A stretch of 64,000 bases of DNA from Eledone cirrhosa. Lineage: Eukaryota. Made by a program: the position numbers and the translations under genes. Positions within the stretch are counted from its first letter, which is position 1; each line of letters opens with the position of its first letter. The stretch lies in NCBI GenBank assembly GCA_964016885.1, contig OZ024746.1, forward strand, positions 46,376,001-46,440,000, in the 5' to 3' direction. The notes under the pieces were generated by a model that was not told where the DNA came from, ran no database searches, and was given only the letters and a program-made list of their open reading frames with translations. Shown here in pieces: positions 28,241-42,440 of this stretch.

Positions 28241-28666
28241 ATATATATATATATAGACACCAACATGTTACCTTGGTGAATATTAATATGGCAACAATAC
28301 CTGTGTGGCTATAGTCTAGTTAAATGGAGATGATCAATTAAACCTTTTTATAGTTATATTTTATAATTGGGGATAACATTTCTATGTCATACATAGGTCA
28401 AAAGGAGATAGCCAATAAAATAATCTCAATTAATAAAATTGAATTAAATTCAACTAAATCAAAGTCAAATTAAATCAATACCATTGTCCATTCAGAACTA
28501 ATTTGAATTTTTCAATACTATTCTTTTCTTTTACCCTTCTTTTGAATTCATTTGTATCATGGAATTTATGAAATATGAATTTTATTGTAGCTTGTTTGTA
28601 GATTACCACTTAGTGGGAAATTAGTTGATGGTATACATGCATGAGTTTCCCACCTGACCAAAGTAT

Positions 28667-29142
28667 ATTTCTTCACAGTTCATGAATTTGATACACTAAA
28701 CCAGGTCTCTGCTTCTACAGTCTATATTTGCATTCACAACTGTTCTTCTTCCAGGCTTTGTGTTGATATAATGACCAGCATGTATAAATTGACATGAACC
28801 ATAGTGATTGTTATTAAACTTAGGTACAGTGAAGTTTTTGTAGTTGTTGTTGTTTAATTCAAACATTAATCTTGTTAATAATTATTTCAACTCCATTATA
28901 GGATATGATAGTTGAATGTTCTGCAGTAGTTGAATGCCTACCTCAGAACCAATCAGTGAACTCTGTCAAGCTTATCCTATAGCATATATTGCAACGGTTT
29001 AGGCATGATGCTTGTTTGTTTTCAATTGCCATCCTGCTTTCATCAGCCTCTACCTCTTTCATCAGTCTTTAGGTTCTTGTGAGGTTCATAGTAGAAGCAG
29101 AGACCTGGGTTAGTGCATCAAATTCCTGAATTGTGAAGAAAT
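28667..29142. mobile_element. MITE-like element with ~50-bp imperfect terminal inverted repeats
   Basis: ATTTCTTCACAGTTCATGAATTTGATACACTAAACCAGGTCTCTGCTTCTAC pairs with GTAGAAGCAGAGACCTGGGTTAGTGCATCAAATTCCTGAATTGTGAAGAAAT. Confidence 0.65.
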
Positions 29143-29270
29143 TTGATTGTAATAATTGATAAATCTTATCCCACTACATTACAGCTTCACCTGCTAGTAT
29201 ATTTTTTTTTAAAATCATTTTTACCCCACACCCTACAGTCTTTTAATAGAAGAGATGTTGGTAATTATAT

Positions 29271-29858
29271 TGTAGTGACCTAAATTCCGCGGGCTCACAT
29301 ACATTCTCTGTGCGTGATTTGGCTCAGCTCAGCCAATCAGCGCCAGTAGAAGAGGATGTATCCCTACACGTTCTGAAGGAGAAATAGCCCGCAAAGATTT
29401 GAGGACGCCACCTTTTCCAGGCTAGACCACTTCCAGGCTAGACCACTTCCAGGCTAGATGACTTCCAGGCTAGACCACTTCCAGGCTAGATGACTTCCAG
29501 GCTTGACCATGCTAAGTAAACACCGCTTGTTCTTTTGCTCCGCCAGCGCAAACAATATGTAATGACAAAACATTCCTACGGAGCTGGCTAAACGCCTTCA
29601 GCCAGTTGACCGTATTTTCTCTTATAATCTTAATTGAATTATTTCATTTCTCTTGGCATGCCAGCTCAACCTTTGTTAATAAATAATGTAAAAACAAGCT
29701 AAAAGTCGTTGTCGATATACGCTATCATATCTTTCTACCAAACCTGGTTCCTCGTGGCAACATTACAACAACTTCTGAAATATACTTCTCCGCTAAATCT
29801 GGTGACAACACATCTTTCACCAAATTGGTGACAATATACCTCAACCAAATTGGTGACT
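29271..29858 (+). mobile_element. Probable solo LTR (Gypsy-like)
   Basis: Starts TGTAGTG, is GC-richer than its flanks, and contains CCAAT, a 16-bp tandem (TTCCAGGCTAGACCAC) and AATAAA. TATAT occurs on both sides. Confidence 0.6.
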
Positions 29859-29954
29859 TATATTCAACAAAGAGAAACATTCCTTTCCTTTAATATGTAA
29901 CTAGTGCAAGCCATAAAGATAATAATCAAATCTACAACTATCACTTAACAGATT

Positions 29955-30150
29955 CTGATTTAGGCACAAGGCCAACAATTTTGAGGGAGGTGAAATTTGA
30001 TTAACTCAAACCCAATGCCTCACTGGTACTTTTTTTTTATTGACCTCGTAAGGATGAAAGGCAACACAAACATTGGTGGGGTTTGACCTCAGAATGTAAA
30101 GGGCCGTAACTCTATGCCATAAAACGTTGTCTGATACTCTACTGATACTG
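29955..30150 (-). mobile_element. Nin/Deu-domain SINE
   Basis: Reverse complement of TTGCCTTTCATCCTTACGAGGTCAATAA..AGTACCAG..TTGGCCTTGTGCC. Confidence 0.7.
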
Positions 30151-32589
30151 ACACCCTAAGATAATGTATCTATGGTCCTCAATGTTAATTTTTAAGATAT
30201 GCAAAATGAAATACAATTTCCTACATTTAAACTGTTAAAAATAGATATTTAGTAATTCTCAAAGTTAATGTTTAAAGCAAGAAAATGCAAATTATACCTA
30301 TATTTTCTGTCCTGCATTTTCATCATTTATTATTTATGAGTAAGAGTAAATATATATTTCAACAATTTTACTTTTTAGGCAAAGTGAAACATGCTAATAT
30401 AAGGTATATATACTGTAATGAGTGCTGGAGGGTTGTTCAGTTAAGCAGTTTGTCAACCACACTGTACTGTGTTCAATGCAACTGAGCAGTGTTTCTACCA
30501 TAGCCCCATGTTACCTAATACTTTTCAAGTTAAATGTGATTGACAGAACCTGCCAAGTAGTATTTGTTTTTCATCATTCCAAGATTAATAAAATATGTAC
30601 CAGTAATACACTAGAGTTAATTTACTTGACTGTAAAGTTTCTGGTCACCTGCCGATGTTAAAAATCAATAAATAGTGCAATATTGATTAAATTAGAAATA
30701 AAATTCCTAAATGTGATAGGCCGTTAATCAAATTTCTTATCATAGCAATACATTTTCTCATCAAATTTCTCTATATAACTGTAAAATTATGTATCACAAC
30801 TTATAATTTAATAAATTATAATATTGAAGTCATTGTTGTCCTTAAAGCAAAAATACATACATTAGGCAATGAATTTAAGAAATGAATTAAACATTAAGTT
30901 TCTTGACAATTTCATTTTGTTCCAAAAGTAGGTGACACTTTACTCACTGAAGAGAAATTAATGATAATCAAGTTTAACTTGTCATAAGGATGTTTCCTTC
31001 CATATTGAAGCTTACTTTACTATGTGATTAATCTCCTCTACCTTTCAATTAGAATTGCTAGCAGCATTTAAAGAATACTTTGTATTACCATCTTCATTCC
31101 CAAGAAGGATATCATTATTTACCAGAAGACATATCTTACAATTGTATTAAAATTGATTCACAGTAGATTGATCTAATTTATTATATACATTTATATAATT
31201 TATAATCTCAGGCAATTTGCAGAAAAATAAGGGATGCCTTTTTGTCATGTAAATCTGGAAAGCCTTTTCACTCAACAAATTTCTACAAAGCTTTCTATCC
31301 ATTCCCAAGTATGTTTTTCCAAACTTTGCAGAAATTTCCCACAAGCTACACTTTCAACAAATATCTCTTCCCTTAACATCCCTTACAATACCCTGAATTT
31401 AATGCAAGTTTTGATTCCAACACCATACTACACATTCATATCAAAAGTCCTTCAAACCCTTCTTTTTTTCACTTCTCTACTTCATCTATTCCATCATCGC
31501 TTACATAAATGGGTCAAATGCAAAATATTTTCCAATTATTTTAGCCCAACAAGTTGATCAATAATGACGATATCTCTTCCACCAACTTCACACACTGCTC
31601 AACAGAACTATTATTCTTGCCAAACTCTTTCTTCTCTTTTTCTCTAGACACACACAATGGTTTCCCTCATTCACAAGAAACACAAACTCTCTGACTGACT
31701 TATCGCTCCTTTTTTTTACCAATATTTCAAAGGAAATAGAGGTGGTTATAAAAATCCTTATCCATCACCTTCTTCCACTCTTTAATCTCCATAAATATTT
31801 CTCCAATAGATTCAGATATATTAGTGGCTTTAACTCTCATGTTATAAGTAATTGATGCTATATATTATACACAAGAGAAATTGAAATTATAGGCCAATGT
31901 AAGATAGGTTCTCCTTTATAGACAATGGGAATTGAGAACAAAGAGAATCACCATCGTCACCAGCAGCACCACCACTGTTTAACATTTCTTCATACTTACA
32001 TGAATGAGACAGATTGTCTTTTTGTAAGTCTAAACAGGTCAGATGACCATGTCTCATTCCATTCTGTTATGGCTGGAGGCCCTTTCTAACATCAACTACA
32101 TCACAGCATGCACCAGAACTATTTTATCCTGATGTCCCACAAGATGGACTGGGTGTTTTTTATCATGGCATAAATACTACCACTTTACAGAGTGGGCTGG
32201 GTGCATTTTGTTGTGTCACCAGCATTACTACTTATCATGCTAGCATGGAATAATGAACATTAAATGATGAATATTAGGGCATTCATTGATTTGTCTTTGG
32301 TCAGGTTGGGTAAGAGAAAGAAAAGAAATACACAACCAGCAGTGGGTGATCTTTATTTTATCAAAAGCAAGTGAAAAAGCAAAATCAATTATGTTCTTCA
32401 GGTTTTTATAATTAAAATCACTATCCTCAAATTTTCCTTTCATCCCTCTGGGCTTGATAAAATAAAATTGATTTCTAACTTAGGTATAATGCAACAAATT
32501 TTGTGATAGATAGAAGGCAATTATAAAAATCCCAGTATTTATCTATTTTATCAACACCAGAAGGATACCTTTTCTTCTTTTTCAACCAC

Positions 32590-32930
32590 TTATTCATGAG
32601 AGGATGGTGGTGGTACAGTCCTTAGACATGCCTTCCAGAGAGTTCCATCAGAAGCAACTGTCTCCAATTGAGAGACCAACCGAACCCATGGATGTTTTTC
32701 AGCCATCTTGCTAGTGAGTCTTCTGCCAGTTGACTTTACCCATAAAATCTGTCCAGTGATTTTTTTCCTTTGACAGTCTATCCAAATGTTCATAGTACCA
32801 AAACTGTGATCTCTCAATTCAGAGAAGTAGCATCTCAACCTGGAGTGACTCCCTGATCTTTGAGCTATGCACCACATCGAGTGATGTTATTCCAAAACCC
32901 TTTGGAGAAACCCCATCTTAGCCACTTGAA
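32590..32930 (-). mobile_element. Degenerate RTE LINE 3' fragment
   Basis: RSGSHSRLRCYFSELRDHSFG..KITGQILW..LETVASDGTLWKAC. Confidence 0.6.
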
Positions 32931-34587
32931 TTTGGATAAAACCAGAATCATGAACGTTAAAATGGACTCCAACTAGATTTGAAATAAAAATTCAATGTTA
33001 TGTAACTAAAAACAGCTAGGTATTTTGTCTACTACTCAACCAAGCAAGCTGATCTTCTGTGATCTAATGCTAATAAAATAATGTAATATATATTAGATTG
33101 ATTCAACTAACTATGCTTTCTACCTCTTACACAGAGTACCTAGTGCTCAGACAAAAGAAACCATTATTGTTGTCATCGTCACCATCACCATTATAATAAT
33201 TTCTTTAGTAAATGAAGTTTGGTGTATTGAATAAGAGACAAGTTGGACTCCACACTATGTATGCTATAGCAACAGTCATGATTACAGGGTATTTTCCACA
33301 AACTGATGCCACAAAGCCGGCAATGAAGACTTAAGTAAAAATACAAGATATGCTTTTGCATTAATTTATCAGTCATTCTACTTTTCACAAGAGCATTATA
33401 ATTTGAACAATATTACTTCCAGCTGACTTACCTCTGTAATTAGTTAAAGAGCTATGTATGTAATAGGAAAATGATCAGAATACTAAAAGAATATATATGT
33501 ATAAATACAAACCTAAACCAAGACAAAGGAAAACTTTCTTTTGAAGACGAAATGCGGAAACCAGTTTTATACAGAAATAAATCTGATTAGATAGGATGGA
33601 CATCAAATGAACATGTTTCTTTACCAATAAATACTTTTGTAGTGAGGTTTATTAAAGTTTATCTGATATTTTTGTTGGGATATATATATTTTTTTTATTC
33701 TTAATTAAATTAATATTAAGTTGCTAAGATGATGTGTAGACAGTTACTTAGATATTTTGTTTTCCTGTTTTCTTTGTGCATGCTGGAAGTCTAAAGCTGT
33801 CATATTCTTTTTTCTTATTGAAGTTAGTAGTATTGTTGTCATGAATATTGTTGCTTTATTAAACTGTTGTTGTCAGTTTCTGTTGATACTACTGCTGTTT
33901 TTCTATAACATTGCTGTTGTACTCTTATTGTCTGGTGATATTTCATTTATTACTGTTATGTTTGCTGAACATAGAGATGCTACTGTTGTTACTGAACTAT
34001 CTGCACTTGTTTGATTATATTGTTACAGCTTACTTTTAGATTTATTTTGATGGCATTGTTAGGTGTGTATTTGATTAAGGTTTATGTTGTTATTTCTCAA
34101 GGAGAATATCAATAATATTTTTATTGTTTCTGATGTAGCAGCTGGTATTCATCATCATCTTCATCATTTTAATCCTGATTATTTAACATTTGTTCTCCTT
34201 GCAAGCAAGTGTTGGACAGGTTATCATAGAGCAAGCCAGGATTCAGCAAAGCTACTTAGATGGGCTGGAGACCCCATGCTGCTTAAATATGTTCTTGCAC
34301 ACTACCAAATGTCAAGATGGGCAATAATGATAAGAAGACTAATAATAATAATTATTATTATTAGTATTAGTCTTATTTTTATTGCAAATTATCATTGCAT
34401 TACTGAGTATTGATCTGTCTGCCTTGAATATGTGTGTTGTCCACCCAATAAAGTAATTGGCATTAGGAAGGGCATCCAGACATAGAAAACAAGCTAAGAA
34501 TGGATTGTATGAACAAGACAAGGTCACCTATCCTGTCTAGCAAGCATGTGAAATGGAAGATGATTTTATATATATATATATATATAC

Positions 34588-34703
34588 ATAAGTTGTAATA
34601 TAATGAAACGAAATTTCATTTCTCACTCTTAGTACGGCACTTACTTAAATGTAAGTATGTATGTATACGTACATACATATATGTATACAGACGTACAGTA
34701 GCA

Positions 34704-34783
<80 letters not shown>

Positions 34784-35210
34784 CAGGTACACATATATAT
34801 ATGTAAGTATCAGTTTAGCGAACGTTTATTATAACGCCCGCTTTGTTCGTTTGTAAACAAGCCAACAGCCTGATTTATGCCATACGGTGTTAAGGCAACC
34901 ACGTCACCTTTTTGTTCAACACTGACACAAGAACGATGTACTAGTTTCAAGCTTATTAGCTATCATCAGCACCGTATACCCTTCTGCCAGATAGTTGAAC
35001 GTTCGAAAGTATATACTTTCCTTATGAAAATTAACGGCTGAGCAGCCTAATTTGCATATCGAGTGAGTTAAGTCGGCCAGGCGTACCGAAAACGATAAGT
35101 TGTAATATAATGAAACGAAATTTCATTTCTCACTCTTAGTACGGCACTTACTTAAATGTAAGTATGTATGTATACGTACATACATATATGTATACAGACG
35201 TACAGTAGCA

Positions 35211-35294
<84 letters not shown>

Positions 35295-35493
35295 CAGGTA
35301 CACATATATATATGTACGTATCAGTTTAGCGAACGTTTATTATAACGCCCGCTTTGTTCGTTTGTAAACAAGCGAACAGTGTTGAACAAAAAGGTGACGT
35401 GGTTGCCTTAACACCGTATGGCATAAATCAGGCCGTTCGCTTGTTTACAAACGAACAAAGCGGGCATTATAATAAACGTTCGCTAAACTGATA

Positions 35494-35577
<84 letters not shown>

Positions 35578-35630
35578 TGCTACTGTACGTCTGTATACAT
35601 ATATGTATGTACGTATACATACATACTTAC
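34588..35630 (-). mobile_element. Non-coding retrozyme-like element: ~507-nt monomer x ~1.5 in tandem plus an inverted partial copy
   Basis: ATAAGTTGTAATATAATGAAACG recurs at 34588 and 35095, and an inverted copy lies at ~35377-35630. One HHR is present and there is no ORF. Confidence 0.8.
34933..34975 (-). ncRNA. Minimal type I hammerhead ribozyme
   Basis: ACGGTG CTGATGA t agct aata agct t GAAA ctag TA CATCGT, with a canonical core. Confidence 0.88.
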
Positions 35631-35662
35631 ATATATACATATATATATATATAAATATATAT

Positions 35663-35693
<31 letters not shown>

Positions 35694-35704
35694 AATATAT
35701 ATAC

Positions 35705-35781
<77 letters not shown>

Positions 35782-35806
35782 CATATATATACATATATAT
35801 ATATAC

Positions 35807-35837
<31 letters not shown>

Positions 35838-35855
35838 CATATATATACATATATG

Positions 35856-35903
<48 letters not shown>

Positions 35904-35904
35904 C

Positions 35905-35993
<89 letters not shown>

Positions 35994-36049
35994 TATACAT
36001 ATATATATATATATATACATATATATACATATATATACATATATATACA

Positions 36050-36131
<82 letters not shown>

Positions 36132-36261
36132 TGGAAAGTTATATTTAAATTGTTGGGTTACAACTAGTAAATATTTATAACTGATATAAAAGCACTCAAC
36201 AAGTATTTGGAGTATATTTACGATATTAAATAAATGGAAACTATATTTATAAAACCATATT

Positions 36262-36327
36262 TATTTCACTATATATATTTCAGGGATATCATATTAACAA
36301 TATGCTATGCCTTCCTCAGACAAAATA
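36262..36327 (-). ncRNA. Hammerhead ribozyme
   Basis: Reverse-complement copy of 36510-36575. Confidence 0.7.
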
Positions 36328-36509
36328 CAATATAGACAGTTTTATAGATAAATAGATTTGACATACCGTTCAACATCGACTTGTATTTGAAAAGTTGATT
36401 TGGCAGTCAAATCAACTTTTCAAATACAACTTTTCAAATCAACTTTTCAAATACAAGTCGATGCTGAACGGTATGTCAAATCTATTTATCTATAAAACTG
36501 TCTATATTG

Positions 36510-36575
36510 TATTTTGTCTGAGGAAGGCATAGCATATTGTTAATATGATATCCCTGAAATATATATAGTGAAATA
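36510..36575 (+). ncRNA. Hammerhead ribozyme
   Basis: TATTTTGT CTGAGGA aggcatagcatattgttaatatgatatccct GAAA tatata TA GTGAAATA. Confidence 0.72.
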
Positions 36576-36707
36576 AATATGGTTTTATAAATATAGTTTC
36601 CATTTATTTAATATCGTATATATACATATATATATATATATATATACATATATATACATATAAATATACATATGTATATACATATATATATACATATATA
36701 TAAATAC

Positions 36708-36745
<38 letters not shown>

Positions 36746-36756
36746 ATATATACATA

Positions 36757-38047
36757 TAATGGCCATGCTCAGTGTGTAGGAAAGGCGTAGGTAGAAACTC
36801 CATTTTATGTTTCAAATGCAAAGTATGGGTGCATAAAAGATGTAGTGGGATCACAGGTAAGCTAACTAAGAACACAGATTTTACATGTGGCCGGTGCTCT
36901 GGTGCAATAAGTAGCAACAAGTGCCCACAATACTAGCTCTTTCAATTGCGCAGAGGGTTCTATAGAAATAGTGGACAGCTTCCATTACCTTGATGACAAA
37001 ATCAGAAGTAGGGGAGGGTGCTCTGAAAGTACAGTAGCTAGAGTCAGAACTGGATGGAAAAAGTTCAGAGAGCTTATACCACTATTAGCCGCTAAAGGGT
37101 TCTCCCTAAAAATGAAAGGCAGGTTGTATGATGCCTGCATACGAACAGCAATGTTGCATGGCAGTGAGACCTGGGCATTGTGTGCAGAGGATATACGCAA
37201 ACTAGAGAGGAACGAAGCTTGCATGCTCCGCTGGATGTGTAATAGTAATATACGTGAACGGCAAAGCATAAACGAACTAAGGAAAACATTAGAAATAAAG
37301 GGATCAGATCTTGTTTACTCGAGAGATGTCTACGTTGGTATGGTCACGTGATGCGCATGAAAGACGACAGCTGTATAACAAAGTGCAGGGCAATAAAGAT
37401 AGATGGTAGCCACGGAGTAGGCAGACCCAGAAAAACCTGGGACGAGCTGAAAAATTCCGACCTCACACACTTACACCTCTCCAAGACGATGTCACTGGAC
37501 CGAGACCTTTGACGGTACTCAGTAATAGAGAAGACCCGCCTTACCTAAATACAAAGTAAAACCTACTACAGTCAGTAGGCATCTCTAACAAAATACATCC
37601 CCGTCCCACCACCCCCACCCCATCCACACCGCCCCTTTCAATGTAAAGTTATGTTGGTGCCACAACATCCAGGCCGAAACAAATGAGATCATGTAGGTGT
37701 CACGACAAAAAACACACAGTCCACGCTGTAATGTGGCCGTGTAGGCAACACGGTAAAAACCTCCCAGTCCCACACTGTAAATGTGGTTGGTGTTAGGAAG
37801 GGCATCCAGTTGTAGAAAACACGCCAGACAGTCCATGCTGTAATGTGGCCGTGTAGGCAACACGGTAAAAACCTCCCAGCACCACACTGTAAATGTGGTT
37901 GGTGTTAGGAAGGGCATCCAGCTGTAGAAAACCCGCCAGACAGTCCTATGCGAGCAAGACAACCACTCTTGCCTCAAGTGGGAAAACTTCCGTCCAAACC
38001 CATGCAAGCATGGAACATGGACGTTAAACGATGATGATGATGATGAT
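36757..38047 (+). mobile_element. 5'-truncated RTE-clade LINE with a PHD-like Cys finger
   Basis: [36 protein letters not shown] followed by the RTE C-terminus, a duplicated 3' UTR motif and a (GAT)n tail. Confidence 0.92.
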
Positions 38048-38057
38048 ATATACATAT

Positions 38058-38102
<45 letters not shown>

Positions 38103-38165
38103 TATACATATATATATACATATATATATACATATACATATATATATATATACATATATATATAC

Positions 38166-38268
<103 letters not shown>

Positions 38269-38392
38269 TATATACATATATATATACATATATATATACA
38301 TATATATACATATCTATATGTATATATACATATATATATACATATATGAATTATGAATTATAAGAATCAAAGAACTGTTCAAAACATTTTTA

Positions 38393-38439
38393 TGCTTACA
38401 ACTGTTTCCTCCAAACCGAGGTTTGGAATCTTCGGGGCA
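38393..38439 (-). ncRNA. Hammerhead ribozyme (CCGAAGA core)
   Basis: Reverse-complement copy of 38459-38505. Confidence 0.65.
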
Positions 38440-38458
38440 ATTTCATTCAATAATAAAT

Positions 38459-38505
38459 TGCTCCGAAGAATCCAAACCTCGGTTTGGAGGAAACAGTTGT
38501 AAGCA
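38459..38505 (+). ncRNA. Hammerhead ribozyme (CCGAAGA core)
   Basis: TGCT CCGAAGA a tccaaacc tc ggtttgga g GAAA cagttg TA AGCA. Confidence 0.72.
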
Positions 38506-38716
38506 TAAAAATGTTTTGAACAGTTCTTTGATTCTTATAATTCATATAACTGCTCTGGAAATCATCTGATGTTATTACATTGAGCTATTTAACTTACTGG
38601 TAATAAGGTAGTAGTATATTACTGCCTACCACTATTTAGGGTTTATAAAAATATATATAACTACACTAGGTTTTTGTATTTGCATAACCATAAATAGTAT
38701 AATCAATACTATATAC

Positions 38717-38813
<97 letters not shown>

Positions 38814-38814
38814 C

Positions 38815-38865
<51 letters not shown>

Positions 38866-39073
38866 CATATATATATACATATATATATATATACATATAT
38901 ATATATACATATATATATATATATTGTTATACTTTGGGAGGGTCATGTTGCCAATAAGAAACACACGCACCAGTTGCTTTCACTTCAATTTATTATAATA
39001 AATTTATAAATTTAGGAATTTATAAATTTCTGGTTGGTTGGTTGGTTCCACAAACAGATAGTTGTTTATATAT

Positions 39074-39116
39074 TTCAAAGTTCTTTCGTCACACATTCTG
39101 TGACCTCTTCAGTGAC
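39074..39116 (-). ncRNA. Hammerhead ribozyme in a PLE 3' end (38925-39420)
   Basis: GTCA CTGAAGA g gtcaca gaatg tgtgac GAAA gaac TT TGAA. The flanks match 13908-14150. Confidence 0.65.
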
Positions 39117-39419
39117 TGGGGATTCTTTTCTTTGTTTTTGTGCCTCTCCTTTGTTCTGTCCTACGCCATTTTATTTCTGTGTGTGTGTTGTGTGCTCAGT
39201 CTGCGCTTGAGCCACATCCGGGTGTCTGTGTGTGTTTATGTTCATTTATTTATTTGTTTATTTACATGTTACTGGTTGGTTGTTTGTTCCCTGTGTGTGT
39301 GTTTTCATTTTGTCCTTAATTGTAAGTTGTGATGTTACTGTTCCACTCATATTTTTTATTTAATTTTGGTTGTAATTCTTTTATGTTTATGTTTATTGCC
39401 TCTGTGATTTGTCACACCG

Positions 39420-41697
39420 GCAACCCAACAAATCTCCAACAAATCACGAAGCCCCCGACCCACACATATAGGTGGAGACACCGAAAAATCACGTGGTACA
39501 ACCCACCCTACTCAGCGGCCCTAAAGAAAAGCTTGGCCCGATTATTCTTTGGAGCACTTGACAAATGCTTCCCGAGGGACCACAGATACCACAGGATCTT
39601 CACAGACACACTGTGAAGCTTTCGTATTCTACCACGAGAAATTTGGCCCAACACATAGCTAGCATCAACAGAAGTAGGCTTAAAAACCACACACAACCAG
39701 AAGATGGCAATACAAACACTCAGCAGAACCATGTGAAAGGAGGGAAGGGGGGACCCAGAGCCCACCCAAGAAACCGAAACACCCCGAGGACCCCCCACCG
39801 AGCCTGGGGGAAGACCAACATGTAACACATAACGGGAACCCTAATCTAGGCACGCAGAGGCCGACCACCCTCTGCAACTGCAGAAACCCCGAATCATGCC
39901 CCCTTGGTAATGAATGCCTCAAGAAGAACCTAGTGTACGGTTGTAGGGTTAAAACCCCCAACTCCTAACACCTCTCCATAGGAGCTACATCAACGAGCTT
40001 TAAAGACCGCTGGTAGAACCATCGCCATTCCTTCAAGAAGGAGGCCAAAAGGAAAAGCACAGCTCTCTCCGACCTGATCTGGAAGCTTAAGCTGAACAGA
40101 ACCCCATACTCTCTGGCCTGGTACATAATCAGGAAAGTGCCACCCGATAAAGGGGGATCTTGCATATGCAAACTATGCCTGAACGAGACCCTCGAGATAC
40201 TTAGAGGTGGAAGCGGCCTGATAAACCTCAGAACCGACTTCTTCGGGACATGCAGACACCTTAGAGCCGGGACCTTTCTCAAGATATATGGACAGTAACA
40301 ACACAAGAAGATGTGAACTCCCCTCAAGCTATAGGGACTTCTACAGAACATGAAAACACCTCTCGGCCAGACCTCCCTCAAGCTATATGGGCAGTAACAA
40401 CACCCTAGGTTGTGAACTCCCCTCAAGCCATAGGGAACAACCCAGGCTGAGCAGACACCATGATAGCCTAGAGATAGAATCGGACACAGCTATTATAATT
40501 TGGACAACATCTATATAACACAAACACTTTTAATTTACTAGATTTCTGATTTTCAAGTTCCAATCTTAAATCTTGATTTCTCTTTATTAATTTGTTATTT
40601 GTTTTCTGCCCTCTTCACTGTATCACCTTATATTTATTTTTAAGTTGAGATTGATTATAACACAAACACATTTAGTTTGATTATCTCATCTTAACATCTT
40701 GTCTCATACCAATCTATCCAACATATTCTGACCTTGAGATTGGTTATAGCACACACACACTTTATCCTACATTATTTCTCACTTCTCCATATTCATTTTC
40801 ATTACTTTTTCACCAATTTTTCATTTATTCTTTATTCTTTATTCTCTATTCTCTATTTATTTATTTATTTTGAAATTATACAAATTATATTAATTATTTT
40901 ATTATATTATTTATTTATTTTCTGTTTTCTTCATTTATTGCCTTATATTTTTTCATATACATGGAAGAACCCCCGCCCCCACCCACCCACCACCACCACC
41001 ACCACTATGATGGTGGCAGGAGGGATGAAGAAAAAACACACACTGGATACTTCTAAATTGTTAGCAGCAGCAAGATATAAGCTGACCACAACACCAACAA
41101 CACTACCAAAATAATGGTAGAGGTTAAATGTACTGAACAATAGCAGGCAAAAACACTACAGGGAGCCTCACCCCAGAAAGAATTCTATAGACTTATGACC
41201 AATGGGAAGTTTGACACTTTTTTTGTTATTTTGTTCCTTTAACACCTTGTCCCTTCTACCATTTTATCAATTTTTAAGCTAACTCCAACAATAACAACAC
41301 TTAGAAAGAGGAATGTTCTAATAACTGACCAATGAGAGGAGAAGAGGACCTTTGACACTGAAATTCGTTTGTTTGAATTCATATGACTCCAGTTCCTCAG
41401 TGAAATAACAACCCAACAAGGAACTGGGCATATCAGAGTATTGACAATATTATACACCTAAACAACATATGTACTTGTCTATACCATACTAATTCAAACT
41501 GCCTGAAGAGGTCACAGCCAAAGATGGCTGTCACTGAAATATATATAGCAGTAATAAACGAAGCTAAATTTTAATCATTTGACTTTTATTTAACTTTATT
41601 TTACACTACTCCGGAGTAACCAACCCAACCTGCGCACTTCGTCGAGTGCTCCAGCCTGCATACTGAGGTGTTGGTATACAACCAACATATACTCAAA
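39420..41697 (+). mobile_element. 5'-truncated Naiad-type PLE (linker + GIY-YIG, 3' UTR, pLTR)
   Basis: RKITWYNPPY..HRYHRIF..TVKLSYSTT, CNCRNPESCPLGNEC, VYGC..IGATSTSFKDRW, STALSDLIW, CKLCLNE. It has stops and frameshifts and ends at (TA)n. Confidence 0.88.
41498..41552 (+). ncRNA. Hammerhead ribozyme in pLTR
   Basis: ACTGC CTGAAGA ggtcacagccaaagatggctgtcact GAAA tatata TA GCAGT. Confidence 0.87.
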
Positions 41698-41876
<179 letters not shown>

Positions 41877-41905
41877 TATATACATATATATATACATATA
41901 TATAT

Positions 41906-42440
41906 ACAAATTTGCCCTCAAATTCACCCTCATCGGGCGGCCAATATGTGACACATATTACTGTCTGTAGTTGCTTCATATGTACTATCAGTGTGTCACA
42001 GGCTGAGTTTGAACGTGTCAACAGTACAATTGGTGTGACATCTTCACGGATATACAGAGCAACCCCACCATGAGTTCTCTCCTTCCTGTCCGAACGAAAT
42101 AGAGTATATTTCGGTATATGTATTTCTACATCTGCTATACTGCTTGTCAGGTGCGTTTCGATTAGTGCCATGCATAGTGCTCGATTGCTTATGGCTAAGT
42201 CTCCCAGGTAGGAAATTTGACCCATGTTACTGAGTTTCACCAGACCTCTGACATTCAGCATCAGCACCGGTGTGACTTTTGGGGTGCCAGTAATGGCTGT
42301 CGGTATGACACCTGGTCTGGTGTCAGCGGCGGCCACTCTGGGTCCCTTAACTGTGGTGGTCTCGAGTGCTGGTGTGGATGACCCTGGCTCTGGAGAGGAT
42401 GCAGCCTGGTCAGCTGTCCCACAGTCTTTTCTGCCATCAC

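Larger units (their letters stand above)
36132..36618. mobile_element. Fold-back non-autonomous PLE derivative in (TA)n
   Basis: Inverted arms at ~36220-36400 and ~36435-36617, with two opposed HHRs. A sister copy lies at 52393-52607. Confidence 0.8.
38347..38710. mobile_element. Fold-back non-autonomous PLE derivative with a one-sided extension
   Basis: Palindrome at ~38352-38546 with two opposed HHRs, flanked by (TA)n. Confidence 0.8.
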
